From positions 64,001-128,000 of the forward strand of contig CAVXTM010000001.1 in assembly GCA_963764725.1 (NCBI GenBank): DNA of 64,000 nucleotides. Direction: 5' to 3'. Positions 17,876 to 27,537 of this stretch are shown in pieces. The stretch is from an uncultured Gammaproteobacteria bacterium. GTDB taxonomy: Bacteria > Pseudomonadota > Gammaproteobacteria > JACCXJ01. The notes beneath the pieces are model-generated. The model was given only the letters and a program-made list of their open reading frames with translations, did no database searches and was not told the DNA's origin. The position numbers and the translations under genes were made by a program. The first letter of the stretch is position 1, and every line of letters starts with the position of its first letter.

Positions 17876-20557
17876 ATGAGCATTCGCAACCTGGAATTCG
17901 CCCTCAAGCCTCGGTCCGTGGCGCTCATCGGCGCAAGCAAGCGACCTGGGTCCGTCGGGGCGGTGCTCGCCCGGAACCTCTTCAAGGGGGGATTCGACGG
18001 GCCCATCATGCCCGTCAATCCCAAATACCAGGCCATCGAGGGGGTGCTCACCTACCCGACCATCGAGACCCTGCCGTTGGTGCCGGATCTTGCGGTCATC
18101 AGTACCCCGCCCGAGACCGTGCCCGGAATCGTCAAGGCGCTCGGAAGGAAGGGTACGCGGGCCGCCGTCGTCATCACCGCCGGTTTCGGAGAGGGTCGGG
18201 ACGGCGTCGGCCGGGCGCTGCAGCAAGCCTTGCTCGATGCCGCGAGACCCAATCTCTTGCGCATCATCGGCCCGAATTGCCTCGGTGTCCTGGTCCCCGG
18301 GATCGGGCTCAACGCGAGCTTCGCCCATCTCAACCCGGCGAAAGGCCCCATCGCCTTCGTCGCGCAGTCGGGGGCCATCGTCACCTCGGTGATGGACTGG
18401 GCCGAGCGGCGCGGCATCGGCTTCTCGCACCTCGTCTCCTTGGGGGACATGGCGGATGTGGATTTCGGGGATCTGCTCGACTACCTCGCGAGCGATCCCG
18501 AGACCCGCGCCATCCTGCTCTATATCGAGGCGGTGACCGAGGCCCGCAAATTCATGTCTGCGGCCCGGGCCGCGGCCCGGATGAAACCCACCATCGTCGT
18601 CAAGGCGGGTCGCCACGCCGAGGGCGCGCGCGCCGCTGCCTCGCACACGGGCGCGATGGCCGGGTCCGATGCGGTCTACGAAGCCGCGTTCCGCCGCGCC
18701 GGGATGCTGCGTGTCTACAGCCTCGATGAGCTCTTCGATGCGGTGGAGATCTTGGCGATGGCCCCGCAAGCGAAGGGGCCGCGCATGGCCATCTTGAGCA
18801 ACGGCGGCGGCCTCGCCGTTCTCGCGACCGACCACCTGATTGACGAGGGTGGGGTCCTGGCTGAGCTCGCACCCGAGACGATGGAGCGGCTGAACGCGAC
18901 GCTGCCACCCACCTGGTCCCATCACAACCCGGTGGACATCATCGGCGATGCCCCCGGTAGCCGCTATGCCCAGGCGCTCTCGGCCTTGATCGAGGACCCG
19001 GGCGTCGACGCCGTGCTGGCCCTCAATTGCCCCACCGCTGTGGCCTCCGGCACCGAGGCGGCCCAGGCGCTCATCGAGGCGTTCGGCAAGAGGCGCGAAC
19101 CGGCGCTCATCACGAGCTGGGTCGGGGATGGTGCGGCAGAGGCGGCACGGCGGATGTTTTGCACGCATGGGATCCCGAGCTACGCGACGCCCGGCCAAGC
19201 CGTGCGAGCCTTCATGTATTTGGTCAACTACCGGCGTTCGCAAGAGCTCTTGATGCAGACCCCGCCCTCGGTTCCAGAGGAATTCACGCCCGACACCGAA
19301 ACCGCCCGTGCGCTCATCGGGCGGGCAATTGGCGAAGGGCGCGCCTGGCTCACCGAGCCCGAGGCCAAGGCGCTCCTCGGCGCCTACGGGGTGCCTGCGG
19401 TCGCGACGCGGATCGCGCGGACGCCCTCCGATGCGGCCGCGATCGCCACGGAGATCGGGGCGCCCGTGGCACTCAAGATCCTCTCCCGCGACATCACCCA
19501 CAAGTCCGACCTCGGAGGTGTGGCCCTGGGGCTCCTCGGGCCCGGCGCCGTCGGGGACGCCGCCTCAGCGATGCTCGAGCGCATCCGCGCGGCGCGGCCC
19601 GAGGCCCGCATCGAGGGCTTCAGCGTGCAGCCCATGGTGCACCGTCCCGGCGCCTACGAGCTCATCGCCGGCATGATCGACGATGTGCAGTTCGGCCCCG
19701 TGATCCTCTTCGGCCAGGGAGGGACGGCGGTCGAGGTCATCGCCGACCAGGCCCTGGGGCTGCCCCCGCTCAACATGCGGCTCGCCGCCGAGATCATCTC
19801 ACGCACCCGCATCTACAAGCAGCTCAAAGGATTTCGGGGCGTCGAGCCGGTCGATCTCGAAGCCCTGGCCCTGACGCTCATCCGAATCTCGCAGATGGTG
19901 ATCGAGCACCCCGAGATCGCCGAGCTCGATGTCAACCCGCTCCTCGCCGATGCTGCGGGCGTCCTGGCCCTCGACGCAAGGATCAAATTGGCAGAGCCCC
20001 GGGGGGAGGGCGCCGATCGGCTCGCCATCCGGCCGTACCCCAAAGGGCTCGAGGAAGAGGTCGCGCTCGCGGGGGGCCAGAGGCTCCTGCTCCGGCCCAT
20101 ACGGCCGGAGGACGAGCCCGCCCTCCAGGCGATCTTCGCGCACCTCACCCCCGAGCAGGTCCGCATGCGGTTCTTCGTCTCCTTGAAGACCCTCTCGCAC
20201 GCAATGGCGGCCCGCATCACCCAGGTCGATTACGACCGGGAGATGGGGCTGGTCTTGAGTGCGCCCGGCGTCCCGGGCCGGGCGGAGATCTACGGTGTGG
20301 CCCAGGTGTGCGCTGACCCTGACAACGAACGCGCGGAGTTTGCGATCCTGGTGCGCGGCGACATGACCGGGAAGGGACTCGGTACCTTGCTGATGCGGCA
20401 CATGATCGCGTATTGCCGAGGCCGTGGGATCGGCGAGATCTATGGCGATGTGCTGTGTGAGAACCTGACGATGAGACGGCTCTGCAGGAAGCTCGGATTC
20501 ACGGAGACACCGCTCGCCGATGACCCGGGCATTGTCCGGGTCACGGTCAATCTCTGA
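17876..20557 (+). CDS. Protein lysine acetyltransferase (acetate-CoA ligase-like + GNAT; Pat/YfiQ family)
   Basis: PRSVALIGAS, GPNCLG, QSGA, SHTGA, HKSD.GGV, C-terminal GNAT EFAILVR...GKGLG. Confidence 0.92.
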   Translation: MSIRNLEFALKPRSVALIGASKRPGSVGAVLARNLFKGGFDGPIMPVNPKYQAIEGVLTYPTIETLPLVPDLAVISTPPETVPGIVKALGRKGTRAAVVITAGFGEGRDGVGRALQQALLDAARPNLLRIIGPNCLGVLVPGIGLNASFAHLNPAKGPIAFVAQSGAIVTSVMDWAERRGIGFSHLVSLGDMADVDFGDLLDYLASDPETRAILLYIEAVTEARKFMSAARAAARMKPTIVVKAGRHAEGARAAASHTGAMAGSDAVYEAAFRRAGMLRVYSLDELFDAVEILAMAPQAKGPRMAILSNGGGLAVLATDHLIDEGGVLAELAPETMERLNATLPPTWSHHNPVDIIGDAPGSRYAQALSALIEDPGVDAVLALNCPTAVASGTEAAQALIEAFGKRREPALITSWVGDGAAEAARRMFCTHGIPSYATPGQAVRAFMYLVNYRRSQELLMQTPPSVPEEFTPDTETARALIGRAIGEGRAWLTEPEAKALLGAYGVPAVATRIARTPSDAAAIATEIGAPVALKILSRDITHKSDLGGVALGLLGPGAVGDAASAMLERIRAARPEARIEGFSVQPMVHRPGAYELIAGMIDDVQFGPVILFGQGGTAVEVIADQALGLPPLNMRLAAEIISRTRIYKQLKGFRGVEPVDLEALALTLIRISQMVIEHPEIAELDVNPLLADAAGVLALDARIKLAEPRGEGADRLAIRPYPKGLEEEVALAGGQRLLLRPIRPEDEPALQAIFAHLTPEQVRMRFFVSLKTLSHAMAARITQVDYDREMGLVLSAPGVPGRAEIYGVAQVCADPDNERAEFAILVRGDMTGKGLGTLLMRHMIAYCRGRGIGEIYGDVLCENLTMRRLCRKLGFTETPLADDPGIVRVTVNL

Positions 20558-20630
20558 GATTAGGCTGTGTCGAGATTTACGCTAGGACGGAGCGGATCGT
20601 GCGAGGTTTCGAGAACCGACGCGCAACCTT

Positions 20631-20671
20631 TTGATCTGGATCAAAACGGCCTGGCCATACTATGGCAAAGT
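20631..20671 (+). promoter_or_regulatory. Class II FNR promoter
   Basis: Perfect TTGATCTGGATCAA (20631-20644); TG-extended -10-like CAAAGT (20666-20671). Confidence 0.75.
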
Positions 20672-20711
20672 TCAAAGGGACCGGCGAGGCTAAGTGAGAC
20701 GAGGATGGCGT

Positions 20712-20816
20712 ATGTACGAGCAAACCGAATTTGACGAGATGTGGGGACGTTGCGCACCGATCAAGCGACCGGCGCGCAAGGAGCGCCAGCGGGTCGCAGC
20801 GGCCGCGATCGGGTGA
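20712..20816 (+). CDS. Candidate 34-aa small protein
   Basis: MYEQTEFDEMWGRCAPIKRPARKERQRVAAAAIG; GAGGA RBS 6 nt upstream; follows the FNR promoter. Confidence 0.4.
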   Translation: MYEQTEFDEMWGRCAPIKRPARKERQRVAAAAIG

Positions 20817-21268
20817 GACGCCGCCGGCCAGTCGAGTGCAGCTATCGATTTCGAAACATCTTTGAGGAGCTACACGAATGAGGCGCTACCACTTTGCTCT
20901 CAACGGAAGTCTTGTCACCATAGACTTTGATCCCGTAAGCAGCGCGCGGCTGCGACTGAATAATGCGCCAACGAACAGCCGTTGCGAGCTGCCCCCGACC
21001 CCAGCGGCCGCAAAGAGCACCAGCGGGCCGAGCGGCCGCGATTGCGTAAAACGCCCGCCGGCTGCTATACGCCGGCTGATTTGGGGAGATGCCGACAGAC
21101 GGTTGATTCTGGTCCAAGAAAAAGTGCGATGCATTCGAGCCGACGACTAGCGTCGCATCGAGCTAACCTCCGGCACCGCGGGTAGCCGAGAGAAACCGGA
21201 CTGGAGGGAGCGGGATGCCTCCTCGTCCCGAGCCCTCCGCTAAACCCCGCTTCGAAGGGATGGGATCC

Positions 21269-21670
21269 TCACATCCCCCCGCCCATGCCTCCCTTCATGG
21301 GCATGCCGGTGCAATGGCTCTCCATCATCTTGCCCATGTGGCCCATCTCGGATTGGTCTAGCGTGCCGTCCTTGTTTGTGTCCATCTGCGCGAACGCGTC
21401 ATCGTGGTGTTTCGTGAACTCATCCTTGGAAACCTTGCCGTCCTTGTCGGTGTCCATCATGGCCCCCATGTTCTTGCCACAGCCTTCCATCCCTTCCATT
21501 TTGTCCTTACCGCCCATGCCTCCCATCTGGGCCAGGATCAGGGAGCCGCTCCCTGGATCTCCCCCGGCCAAGGGCTCGTCAGCGGCCGTGACGAAGGGGG
21601 ATGCGATGAGCGACAAGACGAGCGCAGCGCCTACCACCACCGTAGCATTGGTCCTTGTATAGGTCATCAT
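21269..21670 (-). CDS. Exported Met-rich EF-hand protein
   Basis: Signal peptide; DTDKDGKVSKDE and DTNKDGTLDQSE loops; Met/Gly-rich flanks. Confidence 0.85.
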   Translation of the reverse strand: MMTYTRTNATVVVGAALVLSLIASPFVTAADEPLAGGDPGSGSLILAQMGGMGGKDKMEGMEGCGKNMGAMMDTDKDGKVSKDEFTKHHDDAFAQMDTNKDGTLDQSEMGHMGKMMESHCTGMPMKGGMGGGM

Positions 21671-21805
21671 ACCTCTCCTCAGCGGGCGCGGCAGAATCGC
21701 CGCCGCATCATTATAGTTAATCTGTCTGGATCCAGTAACTGGACTGTTGCCTGGCCGGCGGGGTCAAGGCGGTTTGTGTCTCGGGCTCATGAACCCGTCG
21801 TAGGG

Positions 21806-22561
21806 TTAAGAGGCATCCTCGGCCGAGCGCGGCACGCTCGTGGGCGTCAAACAGGGCTCGACGAAGGCGCGCAATCGATCGAGGTCGTGAATGTGTACGT
21901 TGCGCTGGTTGACGCTCAGGATCCCTTGCACTTGAAAGCTCGAGAGCTGTCGGCTTACGGTCTCGGCTGCGACCCCGAGGAAATTGGCGATGTCATGACG
22001 GCTCATGCTGAGGCTGAATTCGGTCCTCGACAGACCGCGCTCACCAAAGCGCATCGCAAGGCTCAAGAAAAAGGCCGCGAGCCGTTCCTCGGCACTGCGG
22101 TTGGCGAGCAGAAGGAGCGCCTGGTGTTCGGAGGCGATTTCCTTGCCGATGAACTTGAGCAACTGCTGCTGGAGGCGGGGTAGCTGCGCGCACAGCTCCT
22201 CGAGCCGGCCTAAGGGTAGCTCGCACACCGCGGTGGTCTCGAGGGCTACGGCGGCGCAGGTGTGGCGCTCACGCTCCAGCCCATCGAAACCCAGCACCTC
22301 GCCGAGCAGATAGAACGCGACCGTCTGTTCGGTCCCGTCGGCCGTCGAGGTAAAGGCCCGGAGAGAGCCGGCGCGCACGGCAAAAAGCCCTCGCATGGGA
22401 TCGCCTTGGCGGTAGAGATACTGGCCTCGCTGCAAGGGCAGGCCGCGTTTGACGATCCCATCAAGCCGCTCCATGTCCTCGCGGCCCAAGCCGCGCGGGA
22501 GGCATAAGGTGGCGACCCGGCAGTTTGCGCAAGCCAGCTTGAGCAGTTTGAGATTTACCAT
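21806..22561 (-). CDS. fnr: FNR oxygen-sensing regulator
   Basis: CANC...LC N-terminal cluster plus VCE Cys; HTH ETVSR. Confidence 0.92.
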   Translation of the reverse strand: MVNLKLLKLACANCRVATLCLPRGLGREDMERLDGIVKRGLPLQRGQYLYRQGDPMRGLFAVRAGSLRAFTSTADGTEQTVAFYLLGEVLGFDGLERERHTCAAVALETTAVCELPLGRLEELCAQLPRLQQQLLKFIGKEIASEHQALLLLANRSAEERLAAFFLSLAMRFGERGLSRTEFSLSMSRHDIANFLGVAAETVSRQLSSFQVQGILSVNQRNVHIHDLDRLRAFVEPCLTPTSVPRSAEDAS

Positions 22562-22606
22562 AAGATACCCTTGTCAGCGGAGAGCAGCCTATGAAATCGG
22601 AAAGGA

Positions 22607-22620
22607 TCGATCCATGTCAA
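22607..22620 (-). promoter_or_regulatory. FNR box upstream of fnr (possible autoregulation)
   Basis: Minus strand TTGACATGGATCGA, overlapping a TTGACA hexamer. Confidence 0.5.
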
Positions 22621-22778
22621 TACTGCGCGGCGCGGGGCGCGCGTCCCACCAGCCAACCTGTCGACCCGCGGCTGACAACTCGAGTCGCGTCACGCGGCGG
22701 TTCGAGCGCTGCAGTCCCGTACTTATCCGATCTTCACAGATCAAGCCCGCATCGGCGCAAGGTCTCGCCTCCGTTTTT

Positions 22779-23681
22779 CTATTTCCCTCCGTCAGGCTTC
22801 TGTCTGCGGGGGCAGACCAGCGCCGAGCAAGCACAGTGCTGCAAGATCTGATGCGAGGTACTGCCCAATCGAAGGCCGGCGAAACCGCCTAGCCCGCGAG
22901 TGCCTACGGCGATGAGGCTCGCATCCCAAGTGGTCGCGTGCTCTAGGAGAGCCGCTGCGGCTTGACCCTCGAGCTCAACGGAATCGGCCGCAATACCGGC
23001 CTGCCGGGCCTGCTCGCAGAATTTCGCCAGGAGCTTCCCGGCCGACTCATAGTTCCCCACGAGAGGCTCTACTTGCGCTCCTTTCACCGAATTTCTGACG
23101 TGGGCAAATCGGATCGTACCGCCGAGCAGTGCGACGAGACCCAAGGACGCGATTCCCGCCCTCTCGCTCTCGATCGAGCCGTCCAGACCGCAGAGAGCTC
23201 GTTGAAATGGAGTATCAGGCACGGGGCCATAGCCCTTGCTTACCAACACCGTGGAAGCGGCGTGGAGGACAACTTTAGTGACGACGCTTCCCAATAACCA
23301 ACGCTCAACGCCGCTGACACCTCGACGACCAACCACGATTAGTTCGCAGCCACGTTTGGCCGCGATTTCCAGAATACTGCCGGCCGGTTCTCCCTCGAGA
23401 ACCAACTGCTCGATGGGGAAACCGGTTTCGTTCTGAATCCTGTTGAGCAGGGCCCGGGCATCGGCCTGCAACTCGGCCTCGCCCTGGGCACGGTGGATAC
23501 CGAGTTGAAATACTTGATGATAGGGGATCACACAGAGCCCCAGGAGACGCGACGACAGTCGTTTCGCTATCATCGCACCCAGTTTAGCGGCGTGGAGGCT
23601 CTCCTCGGAGCCGTCCACGCCACAGAGAATGGTTCGCCAGTCGAGCAGGACCTCACCCATCACGTCTACGGCTAGTTTCAT
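22779..23681 (-). CDS. Tandem-domain universal stress protein
   Basis: Two ILCG.DGS ... LIVVG.RG...LGS units; start uncertain. Confidence 0.9.
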   Translation of the reverse strand: MKLAVDVMGEVLLDWRTILCGVDGSEESLHAAKLGAMIAKRLSSRLLGLCVIPYHQVFQLGIHRAQGEAELQADARALLNRIQNETGFPIEQLVLEGEPAGSILEIAAKRGCELIVVGRRGVSGVERWLLGSVVTKVVLHAASTVLVSKGYGPVPDTPFQRALCGLDGSIESERAGIASLGLVALLGGTIRFAHVRNSVKGAQVEPLVGNYESAGKLLAKFCEQARQAGIAADSVELEGQAAAALLEHATTWDASLIAVGTRGLGGFAGLRLGSTSHQILQHCACSALVCPRRQKPDGGK

Positions 23682-23937
23682 CGCCAGAACGAAACACACA
23701 TTCCGCCATTACCCGCGCGAAGCTCATACGTCCCTCTGTTCCGTCATTCAATCGATTGCTCCCTGCGGCCAGGACCTTGCTGAGTGGAATCGTCAGATAG
23801 GACACATCCCTTGACAAGGGTACCTGCGCGCGAGTGCACATGCAATCGGATTGCGGAGTCGCGGCGCGTCGGACGCAACGGCGAATAGGTGAGACAAGAG
23901 CAACCCGAGTATAGAGGCCTTACGCAAGCTGAAGCCG

Positions 23938-26580
23938 CTATTTCCCCAAGGCCCCGGTGCGCACGAGCCATTTGGCGAACTCGAGCACCGGAGCCACCGA
24001 GAGCGCGATCACCGTGACGATCGCCCAATCCTCGGCACTGAGCCGGTAGGTACCGAGAGCGTGCTGCAGGAAGGGTACGTGGACGATCAGGTAGAGCAAC
24101 ATCAACTCCCAGACCACCGCGAGGTTGAGCCAGCGATTGGCGAAGGGCCTCCGGAAGACGGAACAGCGGTCGGAGCGGAAGTTGTAGGCCTTGACGAGCT
24201 CGATGAGCACCAGCGCGACGAAGCAGAGCGTCATCGCGTGCTCGGGGGCGCGTCCGGATGTGAGGGCCCAGCCGAAGAGCCCGAAATTGACCAGCATCGA
24301 CCACAGGCCGCCGGCCAGCATCAGAAACACGACGGGCCGGGTGAAGATACCTTTCGTCGGGTCCCTCGGCGGGCGGCGCATCGCGTCGGCCTCGGCGGGA
24401 TCTACCGCGAGTGCAAGCGCCGGCAGGCCGTCGGTTGCGAGGTTGACATAGAGGATCTGGACCGCGCTCAGGGGCAAGGGCATGCCCGCAAGCGTGGCGC
24501 CCGCCATGAGCCCGATCTCGCCGATGTTCGACGACAAGAGGTACATGAGGTACTTCTTGATGTTGCCGAAGATGGCGCGGCCTTCCTCCACGGCCGCGAC
24601 GATGGAGGCGAAGTTGTCATCGGTCAGGATCACGTCCGCGGCTTCGCGGCTCACCTCGGTCCCTGTGATCCCCATGGCGATGCCGACATCGGCCTGCTTC
24701 AATGCGGGTGCGTCGTTGACGCCATCGCCGGTCATGGCGACGATGTGGCCGTTCTGCTGCCAGGCGCTCACCACCCGCAGCTTGTGCTCGGGGGAGACCC
24801 GAGCGTAGACCGCGATTTTCTGTACCTCGCGCGCGAGGTCGAGTGCCGACATCGCTTCGAGCTCGGCGCCGGTCACCACACGCCCCGATCCAAGTAGACC
24901 GATCTCCTCGGCGACCGCGGCAGCGGTCTGCGGGTGATCGCCCGTGATCATGACCGGCAGGATCCCCGCCGCCTTGCAGGTCTCGATGGCCTGTGCGGCC
25001 TCGGCCCTGGGCGGATCGATGAGGCCGATGAGACCCAAGAAGACCATCTCGCATTCGGCATCCCCGATGTCGGCATTCGGCTTCTGGGCCACCGCAAGCA
25101 CCCGTAACGCCCTGGCGGCCATCGCCTGCGCGGCCTCGCGGACGGCATGGCGGTGGGCCTCATCCAAGGCCATCGTGCCGTACGCGGCGCGCCCTCGGGT
25201 GCAGGCTGCGAGGATCACCTCGGGTGCGCCTTTGGAGCACGCGATAACGCCGCTTTGTCCTCGATGGAGCGTGGTCATGCGTTTGCGCTCGGAGCTGAAG
25301 GGGACCTCGCGCACGCGCGGCCAGTAGGTCTCGAGCGCCCGTGCATCGAGGCCGGCCTTGGCGGCCGCCACCATCAGCGCCGCCTCGGTGGGATCGCCCT
25401 TGACCTTGACGCCGCCGTCCACCTCGACCAGCCTTGCGTCCGAGCATAGCGCCGCGGCGCGCAGGCACTCCATCGCCGGGAGCGCGGGTCGCATCGACGC
25501 GCCGTCGACGGTGAACCGGCCTTCGGGTGTGTACCCGCCCCCGGTGATCACGATCTCCTGTCCATTCACCCAGAGCCTGCGCGCCGTCATCTCATCCCGG
25601 GTCAAGGTGCCGGTCTTATCCGAGAGGATCACCGTGATGGCACCTAGGGTCTCGACCGCCGGGAGATGGCGGACCAGGGCGTTGCGCTTGGCCATGCGCT
25701 GGACGCCGAGGGCGAGGGAGATCGTGACGACGGCGGGTAAGGCCTCGGGCACCACGGCGACGGCGAGGGCGATGCCGAACATGAACATCTCCATGAGGCT
25801 CGCGCCGCGCATGAGGCCGAGCACGACGATGAGCGACACTACGGCGAGCGCCGCTGCGGCCAGGCCGCGGCCCACGCGGTCCAGGTTTTCTTGCAGAGGG
25901 GTCTTGGAGGCCTTAACGCCTGTGACCAGGCGGGTGATCTTACCCAGCTCGGTCTGCATGCCGGTGGCGACGATGATCGCCTTGCCCCTGCCATAGGTGA
26001 CGGCCGTGCCCGCATAGACCATGTTGTGGCGCTCGGCGAGCGGGAGCGTATCCTCCGCCAATGTCTCCTGAACCTTTTCGACCGGCGCGGACTCGCCGGT
26101 CAAGGCCGACTCGTTGAGCCTCAGATTGACCGCCTCGACCAGCCTTCCGTCGGCGGGCACCTTATCGCCGGCCCTGAGCAGAACCAGGTCTCCGGGCACG
26201 AGGTCCTGCGCCGGGACTTCGGTCTCCGTGCCGCCACGGAGCACACGCGCCATTGGCGCTGCCATTTGCCTGAGGGCTGCGAGGGCGCGCTCTGCGCGAT
26301 ACTCCTGGACGAACCCGAGCAGGATCGCGAAGCCGACGATCACCCCGATGGCGATGGCTTCGACCACCTCTCCTAGATACGCAGAGAGGGCGATCGCGAT
26401 GAGCAGGATCAGGATGAGGACGTTCTGGAACTGGGCCCGCAACACCGACCAGGGCGAAACCGGATGTGCCTCCCCGAGCTGGTTGGGACCGAACGCGAGG
26501 AGCCGCCGGTGCGCCTCGGCGGCGTCGAGCCCCGCGGGCGCCGCCGACAGGCGCTCGCAAAGCTCCGAAAGCGCGAGCAT
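23938..26580 (-). CDS. P-type cation-transporting ATPase (type IIA-like)
   Basis: TGES, PEAL, DKTGTLT, KGAPE, MITGD, GDGVNDAPAL, NLATDGLP. Confidence 0.95.
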   Translation of the reverse strand: MLALSELCERLSAAPAGLDAAEAHRRLLAFGPNQLGEAHPVSPWSVLRAQFQNVLILILLIAIALSAYLGEVVEAIAIGVIVGFAILLGFVQEYRAERALAALRQMAAPMARVLRGGTETEVPAQDLVPGDLVLLRAGDKVPADGRLVEAVNLRLNESALTGESAPVEKVQETLAEDTLPLAERHNMVYAGTAVTYGRGKAIIVATGMQTELGKITRLVTGVKASKTPLQENLDRVGRGLAAAALAVVSLIVVLGLMRGASLMEMFMFGIALAVAVVPEALPAVVTISLALGVQRMAKRNALVRHLPAVETLGAITVILSDKTGTLTRDEMTARRLWVNGQEIVITGGGYTPEGRFTVDGASMRPALPAMECLRAAALCSDARLVEVDGGVKVKGDPTEAALMVAAAKAGLDARALETYWPRVREVPFSSERKRMTTLHRGQSGVIACSKGAPEVILAACTRGRAAYGTMALDEAHRHAVREAAQAMAARALRVLAVAQKPNADIGDAECEMVFLGLIGLIDPPRAEAAQAIETCKAAGILPVMITGDHPQTAAAVAEEIGLLGSGRVVTGAELEAMSALDLAREVQKIAVYARVSPEHKLRVVSAWQQNGHIVAMTGDGVNDAPALKQADVGIAMGITGTEVSREAADVILTDDNFASIVAAVEEGRAIFGNIKKYLMYLLSSNIGEIGLMAGATLAGMPLPLSAVQILYVNLATDGLPALALAVDPAEADAMRRPPRDPTKGIFTRPVVFLMLAGGLWSMLVNFGLFGWALTSGRAPEHAMTLCFVALVLIELVKAYNFRSDRCSVFRRPFANRWLNLAVVWELMLLYLIVHVPFLQHALGTYRLSAEDWAIVTVIALSVAPVLEFAKWLVRTGALGK

Positions 26581-26603
26581 GTGCCAGGACGACGCAGGGG
26601 CCG

Positions 26604-27053
26604 TCAGGGCGAGCCCGCCGACCGGATGGTCAGCACAGGGACCTCAGAGTTGCGCACCACCCGCTCCGCCACACTTCCGAGAAACACGTGCGACAGCCCC
26701 GTGCGTCCGTGGGTACCGATGACGACGAGATCCGCCCGGTGCTCTTTGGCGGCCTCTACAATCTGGAGGTAGGGTATGCCCTCGAGGAGATGGGTGCTCG
26801 TCTCAGGCCCCTCGACCGTCTTCCTTTTGACGAACTGCTCGAGCCGCTCGCGTAGCCGCATCGCCAGGTTTTCCTGCACGTAAGGGGGCAGCTCCACGGC
26901 ACCGTCCTCGACCGCAAAGTTTGGAAACTGGTAGACGTGGATGGCATCGACTTGCGCCCCCAGCCGCTCGGCCAGTGCCAGGGCATACTGCAAGGCCCGC
27001 GCAGAGGGTTCGGAGAAATCGACGGCACACAGAATTCGATTAATGACGAGCAT
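26604..27053 (-). CDS. Universal stress protein
   Basis: USP motifs; paralog of 6986-7444. Confidence 0.95.
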   Translation of the reverse strand: MLVINRILCAVDFSEPSARALQYALALAERLGAQVDAIHVYQFPNFAVEDGAVELPPYVQENLAMRLRERLEQFVKRKTVEGPETSTHLLEGIPYLQIVEAAKEHRADLVVIGTHGRTGLSHVFLGSVAERVVRNSEVPVLTIRSAGSP

Positions 27054-27157
27054 GAGATTCTCCTTGCATGATTACTAGCATCGCATTTAAAAACATCGCC
27101 TGCTCCGGGAATCGCAGATGCACCGACCGCCGCCGTCTTTCCCCGGGCTGGTGTCAA

Positions 27158-27198
27158 ATCATACCCAAAATCTGATACGCGAAGGTGGTCTGGGTCAA
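27158..27198 (-). promoter_or_regulatory. Class II FNR promoter with degenerate box
   Basis: GTGGTCTGGGTCAA (27185-27198) and TATGAT (27158-27163), same spacing as at 7543-7583. Confidence 0.55.
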
Positions 27199-27291
27199 GC
27201 CGGGCTAGCGATGCCCCGAGGCCTGCACGCAGCCCCGGCTGGGTACGGTCGAGGGCCTGCATTTGGGACTTCTCATCGTGTAGGAAAGTAT

Positions 27292-27500
27292 ATGACTGAC
27301 CAAATCAAAACCGCGCCGACGATCCTTCGGCGCAAACAAGTGGAAGCCCGCATCGGACTCTCGCGGACAACGCTTTATCTTCTCATCTTCAAAGGAACAT
27401 TCCCTCTCCAGGTGAAGCTTGGCGGGCCGCATGCGGTCGGCTGGATCGAAAGCGAGATCGAGGCTTAGCTGTCCCGACAAATTGAACAAAGCCGAAATGC
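27292..27500 (+). pseudogene. AlpA-family regulator/excisionase with premature stop
   Basis: ILRRKQVEARIGLSRTTLY...GTFP..VKLG..AVGWIESEIEA*LSRQI; TAG where Trp is expected. Confidence 0.85.
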
Positions 27501-27537
27501 AATTCCTCTCTGCAGAAGGATCGGCCCAATACCCCGC

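Noticed and set aside
17803-20401. Long overlapping ORFs (17840-19501 minus, 19027-20316 plus and others)
   Set aside because: Shadow frames of the GC-rich Pat gene, with no motifs; same for similar ORFs over the ATPase, fumC and secD
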